This document shows, piece by piece, positions 50,780-64,000 of a stretch of DNA of 64,000 nucleotides (position 1 is its first letter; every line of letters begins with the position of its first letter). This DNA is from Lytechinus pictus. Taxonomy: Eukaryota. The DNA lies in contig NW_026974140.1 in the NCBI RefSeq assembly GCF_037042905.1, positions 622,001 to 686,000 on the forward strand, in the 5' to 3' direction. The notes beneath the pieces were generated by a model. That model was not told the DNA's origin and searched no databases. It was given only the letters and a program-made list of their open reading frames with translations. The position numbers and the translations under genes were made by a program.

Positions 50780-53515
50780 AGTACATTGAAACAAGTTACA
50801 AGGACAGCCAGTGGTCGAGTGTGTCCAAAAATCCAAGAAGGCTTCCAAAAAATGAGTTTAAAATGGATGTTGATAATTAAAATGGACATAGTTCATTTTA
50901 TATCCGCCTGGGACATAATGATTTTGGTGTCTAGACCATGATTTCAATGGTCAAATAAGACATTGGGATAAGTTACAAGGACAGTCAGTGGAGTAGTATG
51001 TTCAAAAATCCAAGATGGCTTCCAAAAATGGAGTCGAAAATTGCTGTTGCTACTTAAAAAAACCCGACATAGTTTGCTCAATGTCCAGAAATATCATTTT
51101 TGTGTCTATACCATGGTTAAATGGGTCAAATAATACATTGGGGCAAGTTACAAGGAAAGTCAGTGGTCTGGTATGTGCAAAAATCCTAGATGGATTCTAA
51201 AAATTGATTCTGAAACGGCTGCTAATACTTAAAGCGGACAAAGCTCATTTCATTTTGGCCTGGATATGTGATTTTGATGTATAAACCACTGGTTTCAAGG
51301 GTCAAATAATATATTAGGATAAGTTACAAGGACAGTCAATGCTATGGTATGTCCAAAAATCGAAGATGGCGTCCAAAAAAATGGTATTATAAATATGCTG
51401 CTGATACTTAAAGCGGATCAAGCTCCTTTCATATCGGCCTGGAAATGTGATTTTGGTGTCTAAACCACTAGTTTCAAGGATCAATTAATACGTTAGGGCA
51501 AGTTACAAGGAAAGTCAGTGGCCTGGTCGGTCAAAAAATCTAAGTTGGCTTCCAAAAATTGATTCTAAATTGACTGCTGCTACTTAAAGCGGACATAGCT
51601 TATTTCATATCGGCATGGGAGATGCAATTTTGGTATCTAAACCACTGGTTTAAGGGCCAAAATAATACATTAAGACAGGTTTTAAGGCCAGTCAGTGGTC
51701 TGGTATGACCAAAATCCAATATGGCTTCCAAAACTTGATTCTTAAATGGCTGTTGATACTTTAAAGTGGCATAGCTCATTTTCAATCCGCCTGTGAGATA
51801 TGATTTCGGTGTCTAAACTATGGTTTCAAGGGTCAAATTATATAAATGGACAAGACAATGGCAGTCAGTGGTCTAGTATGACAAAAATTACAAGATGGCT
51901 TCCAAAAATGGAGTAAAAATATGTCTGATGTTACTTATAAAAGGACATAGTTTGTTTAATATCTGTCTGGGGAATATGAGTTTGGTGTTAAAAGCATTGT
52001 TTAGAAGGGTCAAGTAATACACTAGGGTAAGTTACAAGACCAGTCAGTTGTCTGTTAAAAAAAAAATCCAAGATTACTTCAAAAAAATGGGGTGTAAATT
52101 GACTGTTGCTACTTAAAAGTATGCATAGTTTATTATAAATACACCTTGGAGGTATGATTTTGCTGTCTATACTAGAGTTTACAGGGTCAAGCAATACCTT
52201 GGGTTAAGTTGAAAGGACAGTCAGGTGTCAGGTATGTCCAAAAATCAAAGATGGATTTAAAAATAGGGGTCTTAAATGACTGCTGTTACTTAAAAGTGGA
52301 TGTAGAACATTATAAATACACCATGGGGATATTATTTTGGTGTCTACACTAGGGTTTCAAGGGCCAAACAATACTTTGGGACTGGTTACCATGATATGCA
52401 GCTATCCATTTTGCCTTAAAATCCAAGTTGGCTTAAAAAATGGGTTCTAAAGTGACTACTGTTACATAAAATATCTACCTGTTAGAAATAATCGTGGTGC
52501 CTACACTTAAATGCATGGGGACAAGTTATCATATTGTTTAATGAGTTGGTAACAGCACCCATTTTGATGAAATTTTAGAATCCATCATGGATTATTTGAC
52601 AAAATGGAGTACTAACCATCCTGTTTACTTGTCTGAATGTATCATTTGACCCTTCATACCACAATTTGGACACCAACATTATTTCTTGCAGATGAATATT
52701 GTAGAACTCTGACCACTATTGAATGATATGAGTCGTTTTAGATTCCTTTAAAAACCCTGTGTTTTAGGCGAACTGGACAACTGCATATCAATGTAACCAG
52801 TCCAAACGTATTATTTTAACCATGAAACCATAGTGTGGACACCGAAATCATATCTCCTAGGTGGATTTTAAATGAACTATGTCCATTTTAAAAGTAACAG
52901 CAGTCATTTAGACTCCGATTTTTGGAAGCCATCTTGTATTTTCGACATACTGGACCACTGACTGTCCTTGTAACTAATTTTCTGCCTTTTGAAACCATGA
53001 TATAGGCAACAAAATCATATGCCCTTGACGAATAAAACATGAACTATGTCCATTTTTAAATACCATCGCGGCTAATTGATACTATTTTTTAAGCCACCGT
53101 GGACTTTTGGACATACTTGACCACCAATCGTTCTTGTAACTTATCCCAATTTATTATTTGACCCATTCAACCATGGTATAGGCACAAAAAATCATATTCC
53201 CGAATATTGAACAAACTTTGTTGGGTTTTTTTTAAGTAGCAACAGCATTTTTTACTCCATTTTTGGAAGCCATCTTAGATTTTTGAACATACTGGACCAC
53301 TGACTGTCCTTGTAACTTGTCCCAATGTATTATTTGACAATTGAAACCATGGTCTAGACACCAAAATCATATCTCTCAGGTTGATGTGATATGAGCTATG
53401 TCCATTTTAAGGATTAACAGCCATTTTAAACTCAATTTTTGGAAGCCATCTTTAATTTTTGGACACACCAGACCACTGGCTGTCCTTGTAACTTGTCCCG
53501 ACGTACTACTTCATC
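50780..53515. repeat. ~177-bp tandem repeats in two opposed arrays inside the Academ-like element
   Basis: AAGTTACAAGGACAGTCAGTGG..AAATCCAAGATGGCTTCC runs forward to ~52480 and as the reverse complement from ~52560. Confidence 0.9.
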
Positions 53516-53558
53516 ATTAAAACAATCGGATGGAAACCAAAAGATGGAAGCCACTTAA

Positions 53559-56305
53559 CTCTTACTCTGCCAGGCCCAATACCCCTCTACTGCCAGGGAT
53601 ATTCGAGGGAATCCTAAATTGACCGAAACGTGAGAAGCAACTGATTTTAAAACGGTCATAATTCTTTACCCGTACGTTGTATAATAAAACCTTGTACACA
53701 TGAAATGATGCATGGTTCATGGGTTTTATGATCGTGTTATTATCTTTCATATTTGCGTTTGGAAAAATGGAGAAAAGATGTAATATTTTACATCGTTTTT
53801 TTTCAATAAGTAAAACCTAGAAAATTATGATTTCATGAACATTTCAAAGAGTGAATAACCTGAGGAATTGTAGAGATACCAAGAAATTAAGAAGATAAAA
53901 TGAAAGTTCAATGTTTACCCTTTCAAATGATGTATATATTGATGAAATTGAACAAACAGAAATAACGAAAAATAATGCTCTTTTAAATGAAATACTATTT
54001 TGCTATTCAAGTTATTTCCTCTGAAGTACGATAGAGTATGACCTGATCCAAAAAAGGGCATTGTCGTCGATCAAGTGACCAATCACAGCACAGCTGCAAT
54101 CCCCACGCAAACACACACAATAATATATTAGAGCCATGTATCTTCAAAGTGCGGCCAACCGTACCCTTTCATTCGTGTAGTCTTCAAAATAAGACTCTGT
54201 AATTTTTTTTATTCGTAGTGTAACAAACAAAGTTATTGCCAGTCAGAAGGAGACAAAATATAAAAGAACTAAAGAGTATATATTGAAATATAGATAAAGA
54301 GGGGTCGGACAGATTCAATAATTACAAGTTTGGGGTATAAAATCCCACAAAATAATATAGGCGTTCATGGCAAAGTGCACAGAAGTAAGAAAAAAAAAGT
54401 TTAGTTTTCGTGAATCAAAGAAGAGGGAATGCAGATCAGTTACAAACAAAAAAATCAATACAAATTTTCAAAAAGAAAATAGGCCTATTTGTTCTGTATT
54501 ACTGGCCTGACCAAAGTAGCCACCTGTTAACATTCTACGCGACTACATTCTATTGTTCATGCCACCAAGTCATGAACAATAGATGCCCAGACTCTCTTTC
54601 ATGATTAATCTCTAATCCGCATTCCCTTGACCTACTATCTATGAAAGTAATTTAGCACAGGATGTTCATAGAAATCGGGGCTCACGCGCATCTTTTGATT
54701 TGACTTTTTAATACTTTCAAAGGTTCCGGTATTGATTTATTATGGGTGACCCAGGTAAAGAGAAAACAATTTGCCCCCCTACAGAAAAATCCTGCATCCG
54801 CCCAGAGCCTCCCCAGCTCGTAGCACTATTCGTGGTAAAAGAAATAATTTGTTCAGATAACATAATGTACAATAATATGCGTGGTATAAAGAAATGTAAT
54901 ATTCAACCCGTTATCAGCGTTATCATTTTCATTTCTACTCTCTAAAGTCGTTTTAAAATCCCCTTCATAGTGACGTCAATGATGCAGCAACAAACAGGTC
55001 GGTCTGATCGGTTTTGTTAATGTATCCCTTTCTTTCTTTTCCTCAAAACATCTGATATTACTGTATATACTCCGTTTACTTTTTCTCTGACCAATGGTTT
55101 GATTTAGCAAAGGAAAAACATCCACCTTGAAAAAAAATAAATCTTGAGAAGAATAAAGCGGTATTATCGGCCGTTTTAATTATCAAATTTTTTATTTGCT
55201 TCTTCCTATTTTATTAGAGGAGAATATTCAACGATTCATATTTTTGTGAGAAGTTTGAATATGATATTGGTAAGCATAACAATGTCAGTCATTCTTTTTT
55301 TATAATGGTTTGGGCTATAAAAACACAAACGAATATGAACCGTTGTTTACCTGATCTTAACTTTATGAAGAGAGAGTTTGGCTGCAGAAGGAATGCAATT
55401 GATATGATTACAACAATTATTTTTGAATAATAATCATAATGATGATGATGATGATTCTGATGGCAATAACATTAATAATAATAAGAAGAAGGTGAAGGAG
55501 AAGAATAATGATAATAATGATAATAATTATAATAATAACAATAACAATAATAATGATTACGATAATAGTAATACTAATAATGATGATAATAATAACAATA
55601 ATAAATGAAAAAATAAATAATGAGTGTGATGATTGCAGTGCGACGAGAGTTGGAAATGACAGCCTTCTTTACTCATATATTTATAACGAGAACAATTTTG
55701 TGAGAATGCTAAAAAAAAAGTAAAATACCTTTCCCCCGCCCCCCCCCCAAAAAAAATATCCCCCAAACCTTGCACATTTGCAGGCAGAAAAAAGCCTTGA
55801 CACAAGAATACTACCATACCGGCCTGTAAAAGACCCGATCGATAGCTCATGAATATTCATAAAACAATAGCGAATGGGCGAGTAGCGTTGGGTGAGAGAC
55901 ATCGGACCACTCTGTCATTGGTCAATTCCGAGCTGAATGCCTTCGCACACTCGCCTTTGCTCTGCCCATAGAAGTACGTGTATTGCTACACACAACCTTT
56001 ATATCACACGTGTCTATAGTGGAAATCTTGATTCAGATCGCGGCAATATCCTAAATCAACTCTTCAAAATAATGATCCAAAAATCCCATTTTACTAAAAA
56101 AAATGTCTATGTAAACCACTATTTTTTATATGACAAAATCAATTGTGAATTCCTTGCCAATATAACAACATAAAAAACACATAATATGGTGTTGATTTTC
56201 TGGCTGTAAAATTGGTTAAACAAAAAAAAGTTACTTGGGCAACTATAGCTGCCAATGGCACTAGAGGGCTATGGGCAGCTATAGCTGCCGATGGCTCTTA
56301 AAGAG
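53559..56305. mobile_element. TTAA-flanked piggyBac-like non-autonomous insertion (possibly composite)
   Basis: TTAA-CTCTT...AAGAG-TTAA termini; subterminal GGGCA(A/G)CTATAGCTGCC repeats; interrupts the right arm of the Academ-like element. Confidence 0.6.
55420..55610. repeat. Degenerate (AAT/GAT)n microsatellite
   Basis: Seen directly in the sequence. Confidence 0.9.
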
Positions 56306-57194
56306 TTAAGTAAGTAATAGATGAATTGTGGAGTTTTTAGACTACGGCATCCATTTTGGGCGCCATCTTGGATTTTCCTGGTACCCTGGAGTGCTAATAT
56401 TCACTCTAACTTGTATAAATAAATTCTTTTACCCATTGGACCATGGAATATGAACCCAAATATGATTCTAGGGTGGATAATGAGTGAGTTATATCAATTT
56501 TTAGGGAATGGCGGCCATCTTGGATGACATCTTAAAAATAACCACTTTCCCGGATGCGGATTTTGGTAGATTTTTAGTATGTTATTCCTGAGGTCAAATA
56601 GTAAAAAATACCGTTGAAAAATCATTTGTTGCAATTTGTTCAGGGTCAAACCATATATTGACCCGTCTACTTGTCGCTTAATCATTTGCGACAGAGCATT
56701 AGAACTTGTTTACTTTCTTTGATAGGGCTGGAATTCTCCTTTGTTCACATCTTAATTTTTAACCATAAGGATTTCATCATGTAAATCCAGAATCTTGGCC
56801 TCGCTCACCGCTTTTTCTTGCTTGTGGACATTTGTTTGTGCGTTGTGAGTTTTATATGTGATCATCTACCACCTTCATGAAGTGAAATTTATGTGGAATC
56901 TCAGTTTGATAGTTGTCCGCTGCCAAGGAACTAAAAGATAACGGGAACTTGAACTATATCGGCCGGCACGTTACCCGTGTTCTTTACTTGTTGAACCATT
57001 TATATACCCGGGGCTCCGAAGAATATACTCGATCAGCCCACGGACATTAATTGTTAATCCCATAATAATGAACGTTTCGAATGGTGTACAGAGATTGAGA
57101 AGGTCTTGACAATGGAATTGGTCAAGCTTACCACCTTTGTGTTATTTGTTGTGTGCCTGGAACTCTATGAACGTGGTGAAACAAGTGCAATATG

Positions 57195-59360
57195 TGAACG
57201 TGCCCTTATGAATGCCAGTAGTATAGTGAACAAGACGCTTGAGTTACAAACATTGGTTGCTACTGATAAAATATATATTTTCTTCATCACAGAAACATGG
57301 TTGAGCGAGTGCATATTTGATGGTTAAATATTTCCTGCTGAATATCAAATTTTCAGGAGAGACAGAAACCGTAATGGAGGAATTCTCGTTGGTTGCCACA
57401 AAACCCTAGTCTCCGTGCGTCGAGATGACTTTGAGATACCCCATGGTGACCCGAACTCAAAATTGTGCGAACTATTGTGGACGCAAATCTCTATTCCCAA
57501 TAGCCAAGGCAAAATTTAGTTTGGTACTTTGTACAGACCTGCCTCCTCCAATCCAACAAGTTTCTTCGAGGCACTGACATCTTCACTAAACAGGATTGCT
57601 CTTCATATTCACATATTCAAAGCTATCATCCTAACGGTTGATTTCATTGCAAATATCTGCCCTGGTCCAGGCATTGGAAAAAGTGCATTATTCAGTTCAG
57701 TTTGATGTTTCCCTCTGTGCCGTAACAAAATCACTCCCTCGCTCGTTTTGGCAATTTCACAAGGCAGACAAACATAATTTTCAAAGGTCAATTTAATCGA
57801 TTCCCTAGGATTTGTTTATCGATGAAAATGATATAGATACCACTTGGGATAACTTTACTATGCTATTGCATACGGCTGTCAAAGATGTTGTGTCCTCTGC
57901 CCAAGCAAAAGGTCGCCGACGCAAGCCATTGATCACCGCAGATATTGTCCATCTTTCCCGAAAAAAGAAGGCGCATACCGCAAAGCCATTTCTAACAAAC
58001 ACTAGCACATTTGGGGAGAAGTTTCAAAAACTGAACAAGGATATTATTAGACTTACTAAACTATCCTTTAATGACTATTTGCAATCTCTGGCTTTGAATT
58101 CGGCTCGTGATCCTTAAAGATTCTGGTCATTTGTAAATGCTCAAAGAAAGAAATCTAATGTGTCTTGCTTCGCATACAATAATGTTTCGGTTGAATCTAT
58201 TTCAAGGAGTGCGCATGCTTTCAATAATCATTTCGTGAGAAACTTCTCCATGCCACAGTTGGAATATTTTGAAATAGACGAGTGTGATGTTTTTAAAGAA
58301 ATAGTACAATTAAAAAGTCAATAAGCCCCCTTGCCCTGATGGCATTTCCCCCAACTTTCTAAAAAATTGTGATACTGCTATCACTCCAATCCTTACGAAA
58401 GTTTTTAATCTAAGCCTGAAGCTCGGCTGTGTACCCAGGTCATGGAATCAAGCTTACGTGACTCCGCTCCACAAGAGTGGTGAGCGTAAGAAGATCGAAA
58501 ACTATCGTCTAATTTCACTTCGCTCTGTTCCATGTAAGATACTTAAACGGCTTATTGTGGTCAAGCTTCTAAATCACTCACAAACTATCAAGATTATTTC
58601 TAATTCCCAGCATGGTTTCTTCCCAAAACGCTCATCCTCAACACAAGCTGTTACCCTCCATTCTAATTGGGCAAAAGCTTTGGACAAGTCTAAGCCCCCA
58701 AGAATTGGTGCAATTTTTTTTGACTGGTCGAAAGCCTTTGACAAGGTTAACCATTCCAAACTAGTCCAAAAGTTGCATAATTAGGGAATTTGTGGAAAAT
58801 TGCTTTGTTGGATACGTTCTTTCCCCTCAGATCGGCAACATTGTGTATTGTTTGATGGGATAAAATTGGAGTGGATAACAGTTCCTTCCGGTGTACCACA
58901 AGGCTCCGTTATAGGACCGATCCTATTTAGTTACTTTACTGCTGAATTGCCAAACATTGTCTCCCTCCTCCCCCAATATGCCGGTGACACGGTCTTGTAA
59001 CGGGAAATATATACCCCTGATGACTCTAAATTGTTGCAAACAGACCTGAACAACATACTTTTATGGTGCATTAACAATGACATGGTCTTGAATTCATCCA
59101 AATGTAAAGTTATGCATATAAATAGGTCCCGTAAACCAGTGACGACTGTTTACTTCCTTGGAGAAAAGCAGTTAGATAAAGTTGAGTCCTTTAAATATAT
59201 TGGAGTCACACTCGCACGAGATCTGAGTTGGAAAGAGCACATTCAACATGTTGTTAACAGATGTTCCATACTTTGTGGTTTTATTCGACGTACAGTGAAA
59301 TCTAGAAATGCTACAGTTCTCACAAAACTATTCTGCTCATTATGCAGAAGTTGCCAATTC
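57195..59360 (+). pseudogene. Decayed CR1-like LINE ORF2 (endonuclease plus RT)
   Basis: MNASSIVNK, ITETWL, FRRDR, YRP; NYRLISL, SQHGF, DWSKAFDKVNH, SGVPQGSVIGP, YAGDT, LNSSKCKVM, KYIGV; many stops and frameshifts. Confidence 0.92.
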
Positions 59361-60103
59361 CTTATCTTACACGGAACGCCTATCCCTCCTTAAAGGTATA
59401 GTGTATGATTGGTTGATCTCAGACAAGGGCAATGAATCAATTTTGAAATTATTATATTCATTAAATAACTATATTATTCCTCTGTTTTACCACGGAAAAG
59501 AAACTTGCATAACTTTTCTATTTTCATGATATTTAGGGGTGAAACATACATCATTACCAGTTTGGTTAACCGACACATGCGCCCTCTCTAGTTAGAAAAT
59601 GAATTGATATTAGAACACTGCTTGAATCGTGCATATTCATTACACCATGCATATTGATGAAATACGTCATGGCGCATGCGCAGTATGAACAAATCCCCGT
59701 ATCAACAAAGCTCAGTCAGACCGCAGGTCCCTATGCTAATGAGCAAAAAGGCCAGATTCATCCAAATTATCTCGTTGCTGAATCCTCCTCCATGCAAGAT
59801 CTCGTGATTCGTGAGATTTCTCTAAGAATTTACCTGTTTTAACCTCAAGTTAAATGAAATATTATTGCACCATCAGATAGAGTAAAAGTTACTCTTTCAT
59901 ATTGGTCATTTATTTTGTATACAATATTTTGTTAAATAAGTAAATTTCTGGCCAGAAAATGTGCCTCAAAACGGAATTTTCTTCCTCTGTTTTCTTTTGC
60001 AAATTGTGCAAAACTTTTTATTTTGAGCCTCAATGATATTTATATCAACATAAAGCTGAACTTCTGTACTTTCTCACAATGCCACTCTTGATATGCAGCA
60101 CCT

Positions 60104-60399
60104 TTTAATCGGGTCAAGATCACACTTTTCCCACCAAGGTACAAGACGAGATTTCTGAAATGTTGTACTTGCATGAAATCCAGAGTTCTGATTGGCTGGA
60201 TAAGATTCACAGAACAAAAGGCGCGGGGTATTTGAGGAGATTACCACATGGGAAGTGTGACCTTCCCACGAACCCAGGCACTAGAACCGTTGGAATTTGC
60301 CAGTGTCCGGTCTCTTTGACCAATCAGAGTGCAGTATTCTTGTTTTCAAGCTGCTTTATGTACTTGGCAAATGAAAAGTGTGATCTTGACCCGATTAAA
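60104..60399. mobile_element. Palindromic MITE with no clear TSD (Crypton-like, tentative)
   Basis: Perfect TIRs TTTAATCGGGTCAAGATCACACTTTTC and GAAAAGTGTGATCTTGACCCGATTAAA; internal inverted TCTGATTGG / CCAATCAGA. Confidence 0.75.
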
Positions 60400-60909
60400 C
60401 CAATTCTTATTTTGAAACCTATATCATTTCAAAGCATACATATTCAGCTTTACCATGATATAAAAATCATTTGGGCTCAAACAAAAATAAAGTGTGAAAA
60501 AAGCAGCTTTTGTCAGGTGAAAATATTTATTTTGTAGCATATTTCAGATCAAAATTTTAACCTATATTACAAAATCTTTGAATAAATCCAAACACGTGAC
60601 CTGAAAGAATGATTCTTCTTCTTTACAATGGTACCAAATTCATGAAATTCGATGCACAATCAGAGCAGCAATGACCGAATGAAAAGAGGTGTTTTGGTCC
60701 GCAGCAAGCTCATTAAATATGCAAAACATATCAAGTCATGAATATCACTTGGATGAAAGAAGCCACTTTCTTGGGACCTGCGGTGTGACTGAGCTGGAGT
60801 GCAGTGTGCAGCTGAGTAGAAGCAAACATCAAACGGTGCGTGCAAGCTCCATGAGCCAATGCTAGCCGGCTAACGATATGATTGCGCTCTAGTTTCAGAC
60901 ATAACCCAC

Positions 60910-61890
60910 TACCCTTACAAAAAATTCCTGTAGTACTCTGTGATATGTACTGCAGGAAGTATCGCAGGAAAGTACTGCAGGAATTACGTGCACGTAATTT
61001 GGGACGGTACTACAGAAATGTACAACAGGAGTACAACAGGTCCGTGTCCTGTGATACTTCCTGTGGTAATAACCGCATAAGTATGGCAGGAAGTATGACA
61101 GGACACCATCACCACAACCGCTACAACTGCTACAACCACTACCACACTACTACTACAGGACAGTATCACAGGAATATCACATGATAGTATGACAGGACAG
61201 TATGACAGGACAGTACTACAGGAATTCCGCAGACCAGTATCACAGGGAAGTACTACAGGACAGTATGACAGGACAGTACTACAGGAATTCCGCAGACCAG
61301 TATCACAGGGAAGTACTACAGGACAGTATCGCAGGACAGTACTACAGGAGTACCGCAGGCTTCTGGTACTGTGTCCTGTAGTACTGTCCTGTGATACTGG
61401 TCTGGTATTCCTGTAGTACTGTCCTGTGATACTGGTCTGGTATTCCTGTAGTACTGTCCTGTGATACTGGTCTGGTATTCCTGTAGTACTGTCCTGTGAT
61501 ACTATCCTGTGGTGATAAATAGTATCACAGGACAGTATGACAGGACAGTACTTTAGGAATTCCGCAGACCAGTATCACAGGAAAGTACTACAGAACAGTA
61601 CTACAGGACAGTACTGCAGGAATACCAAGAGGCCTTACCTCAGGACAATTCCTGCAGTACTGTCCTTTGGTATTCCAGTGATACTGTTCTTTGATATCTT
61701 CTGTGGCATTATTGGTCTCATCCTGCAGCCTTCTTGTGATACTTTACTGTGGTAATCCTGCAGGGGTATTCTTGTTGATTTGCTGTGACAATCCTATGGT
61801 ATTGTCCTGTAGTAGTCTGTGCGATTTTCTCACGACACCGTCCTGCACTGGTTTGTTAGGCGTAGTAGTTTGTAAGAATTTCCTGTGATT
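60910..61890. repeat. Foldback minisatellite element (ACAGGACAGTACTACAGG motifs in both orientations)
   Basis: 63-bp direct repeat at 61186-61320, 39-bp repeats at 61370-61503, orientation switch at ~61360. Confidence 0.85.
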
Positions 61891-62230
61891 CAGCACAATA
61901 ACTTTGACATCTTGACTAATGAAAAGAGGGGTGAAAAAACCCACAAATTTGCAAAGACGTTAAAAGCATATTCACATACCTTTATTATGTATGAGTTGTA
62001 CTATGCACAGTATAGAACATCTTTGATATCATAAATGACTGCTAGAATAATGCAGTAACATTTCATCTTTAGGATAATACATGTACAAAGATTTATATCC
62101 ACCAACATTGAGATGCCACATGAACTACTTTCACTATTCATACATTGCTGCCATTTTGAGATCACATAAAGAAAGCTAGATTCGACCCAGAATCCTTCCC
62201 TCTAACACAACAATAAGTGATTATTATTAA

Positions 62231-62402
62231 TACCTTGGTCACATTCCTTGACCGGTTGCCTTACGGCAAGACAAAATCAGCAGTTTTAGGTATTCCTGTA
62301 CAAACCACCCACGTGTAGCTGGTAGTAGCTGGTACAAGGATGATTAAAACTGCTAATTTTGACTCGACGTAAGGCCACGAGCCGGCGAATGTAACCAAGG
62401 CT
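62231..62402. mobile_element. Small Harbinger-like MITE
   Basis: CCTTGGTCACATTC and GAATGTAACCAAGG termini; TAA flanks at 62228-62230 and 62403-62405. Confidence 0.7.
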
Positions 62403-62891
62403 TAAGCAGTATTATGGTGGCAAAAAAACCTGTAATAGCTGAGCAATTGCATTTTCCCCTTCTTGTCAACACCCGATTGGCTTAATACTAAAAGCAGAAC
62501 ATCCTTTACTCAACCATGTTATGAAACAATGGATAACCACTTCTGCATGTACAGATAATGCATGGTGCACATACAGTAAGGGATGAAATTATGATGTGTT
62601 GATCACCAGTATAAACTTAAAGTACATGAACGTAATCATAATCACTTCATTTTGCTCAGAATTCACTTAAGTCCATAAATACTGAAAGATATTTTTGAAT
62701 GAATTTCACATGATTTAGAATGTTCACCATAGGTTAGAAAAAATATGAACATAAGATTACTTTGCCAAAACGTAGATCAAATCTATTGAGACATTAACCT
62801 TTTTGACATTGAATAGGCATATCATTGTTTTACACAGTCTTCTTGTCTAAGAATTGCTCCAACTACGTATTGAAGGGTTATATATGAATGT

Positions 62892-63354
62892 AAGCATGAG
62901 CCCATCATAAACACGAAATTGCGGCATGTAATTTGATTTGCTACATGTCATAATTGATAACTAAATGACGTTCAATACTTGATGTTGCTACATAAAATAA
63001 TTAAGGTCATGTGGCAACGTGAATTCATACCTACTCGAGTCATTTAGTAATTTCAATTAGTATATGACCTAATTAATTATGACATATAGCTCAAAATTGA
63101 CTTGAATAATTATGACCAATTTGATTGACCTTATTTATTTGAAGTAGCAACATCAATTATTTAACATAAGCACTCTCAATCGACGTGGAGTAACTCTTCT
63201 TTAGGTCATGTTACTATTCGAATTGGAACATGTCACTGTTTAGGTCATGCAGCAATTCAAATTACTTGCTCAAGTAAACAATTACAATTGTAATATCACG
63301 CAAAATGAATTAGCTGTACATGACATAATTCTTTTTTTTGATGGGCTTATGCTT
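62892..63354. mobile_element. TIR element with internal CATGT(A/G)GCAA-type repeats
   Basis: AAGCATGAGCCCATCA and TGATGGGCTTATGCTT termini. Confidence 0.6.
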
Positions 63355-64000
63355 CCATATATTAAGTAAATAGCTTTAATTCTTAATGATTATCCAAAAC
63401 TTCATTTACATGAAATAAACCAATATGAAGAGCATCATATCCAAAGTGATCACCAGTATACCCAATGTTACAGTACAAAAATAAAAAGCTGATTTTCTTA
63501 TGTACTTTCACACACGTTATACATGTGCACTGTATGTCAGTTGACCCTGGCAGACAATAGAATTGACAAGCAGTGAGTCCTACATGTACATGTAGCTGCC
63601 TGGTTTGCATACTTTAATGTTATATGAATTTCAATCATGGCCATGTGCTGTTTATACACTAACTGGAGGGATCTTGTCATAATAAAATGTCAATTAAAAA
63701 CTGAATAAAATCCCAATTATTCTGAATAGACTAGCCCCCTTGCAATGGACATTGTAATCTTGTTTTCTTTTACCTTTCATTCTTTTTGAAAATTTTAATA
63801 CAACTCGTTGGTTTTTTTATACTTTATTAAAGCTTTTATGATTATAAATGTAATTAAATAATTTGACTTTAATCTTGATAAATGTATATTACTGGTATAC
63901 TAATTGTGAATTTTTAGCAAGAAACAGCATTTGTGTTGGATTAGTACATAAAAATGTTGCGAAATTTCGGAACACGTACCCAGGCATCACAAATTTGGTC

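Larger units (their letters stand above)
50388..56669. mobile_element. Academ-like non-autonomous foldback transposon
   Basis: TAGACGGGTCAATATA...TATATTGACCCGTCTA termini; TIRs longer than 300 bp; 3-bp TSD CTT at 50385-50387 and 56670-56672. Confidence 0.85.

Noticed and set aside
55423..55723. Asn-rich and Ile-rich short ORFs
   Set aside because: Microsatellite translation products.

Overview
AT-rich eukaryotic DNA made almost entirely of transposons and repeats. The SINE, MITE and LINE families suggest an invertebrate deuterostome such as a sea urchin (inference). No host gene can be called with confidence. The main feature is a young, apparently full-length non-LTR retrotransposon of the CR1/L2 group (Crack/Daphne-like) on the minus strand at about 21654-44198. 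It has an L1-type ORF1, an unusually long 4.26-kb inter-ORF spacer carrying about 13 copies of a TAGCCACNCCC..TCTGATCAGA motif, and an intact endonuclease+RT ORF2. An internal 4.8-kb block (spacer plus the 5' half of ORF2) has been amplified to four near-identical tandem copies joined by an identical fold-back junction, expanding an ~8.6-kb element to 22.5 kb. The 5'UTR is complementary over ~23 bp to a site just upstream of a uORF whose stop overlaps the ORF2 start (TGATG), which suggests long-range RNA pairing or ribosome shunting for ORF2 translation (hypothesis). The LINE splits a tRNA-derived SINE, which itself splits an older Rex1/Babar-like RT. The rest of the window holds a Gypsy gag remnant, a local segmental duplication with filled and empty sites of a 5.3-kb element with a 9-bp TSD, an Academ-like foldback element, many MITEs, a decayed CR1-like LINE, satellites and microsatellites.
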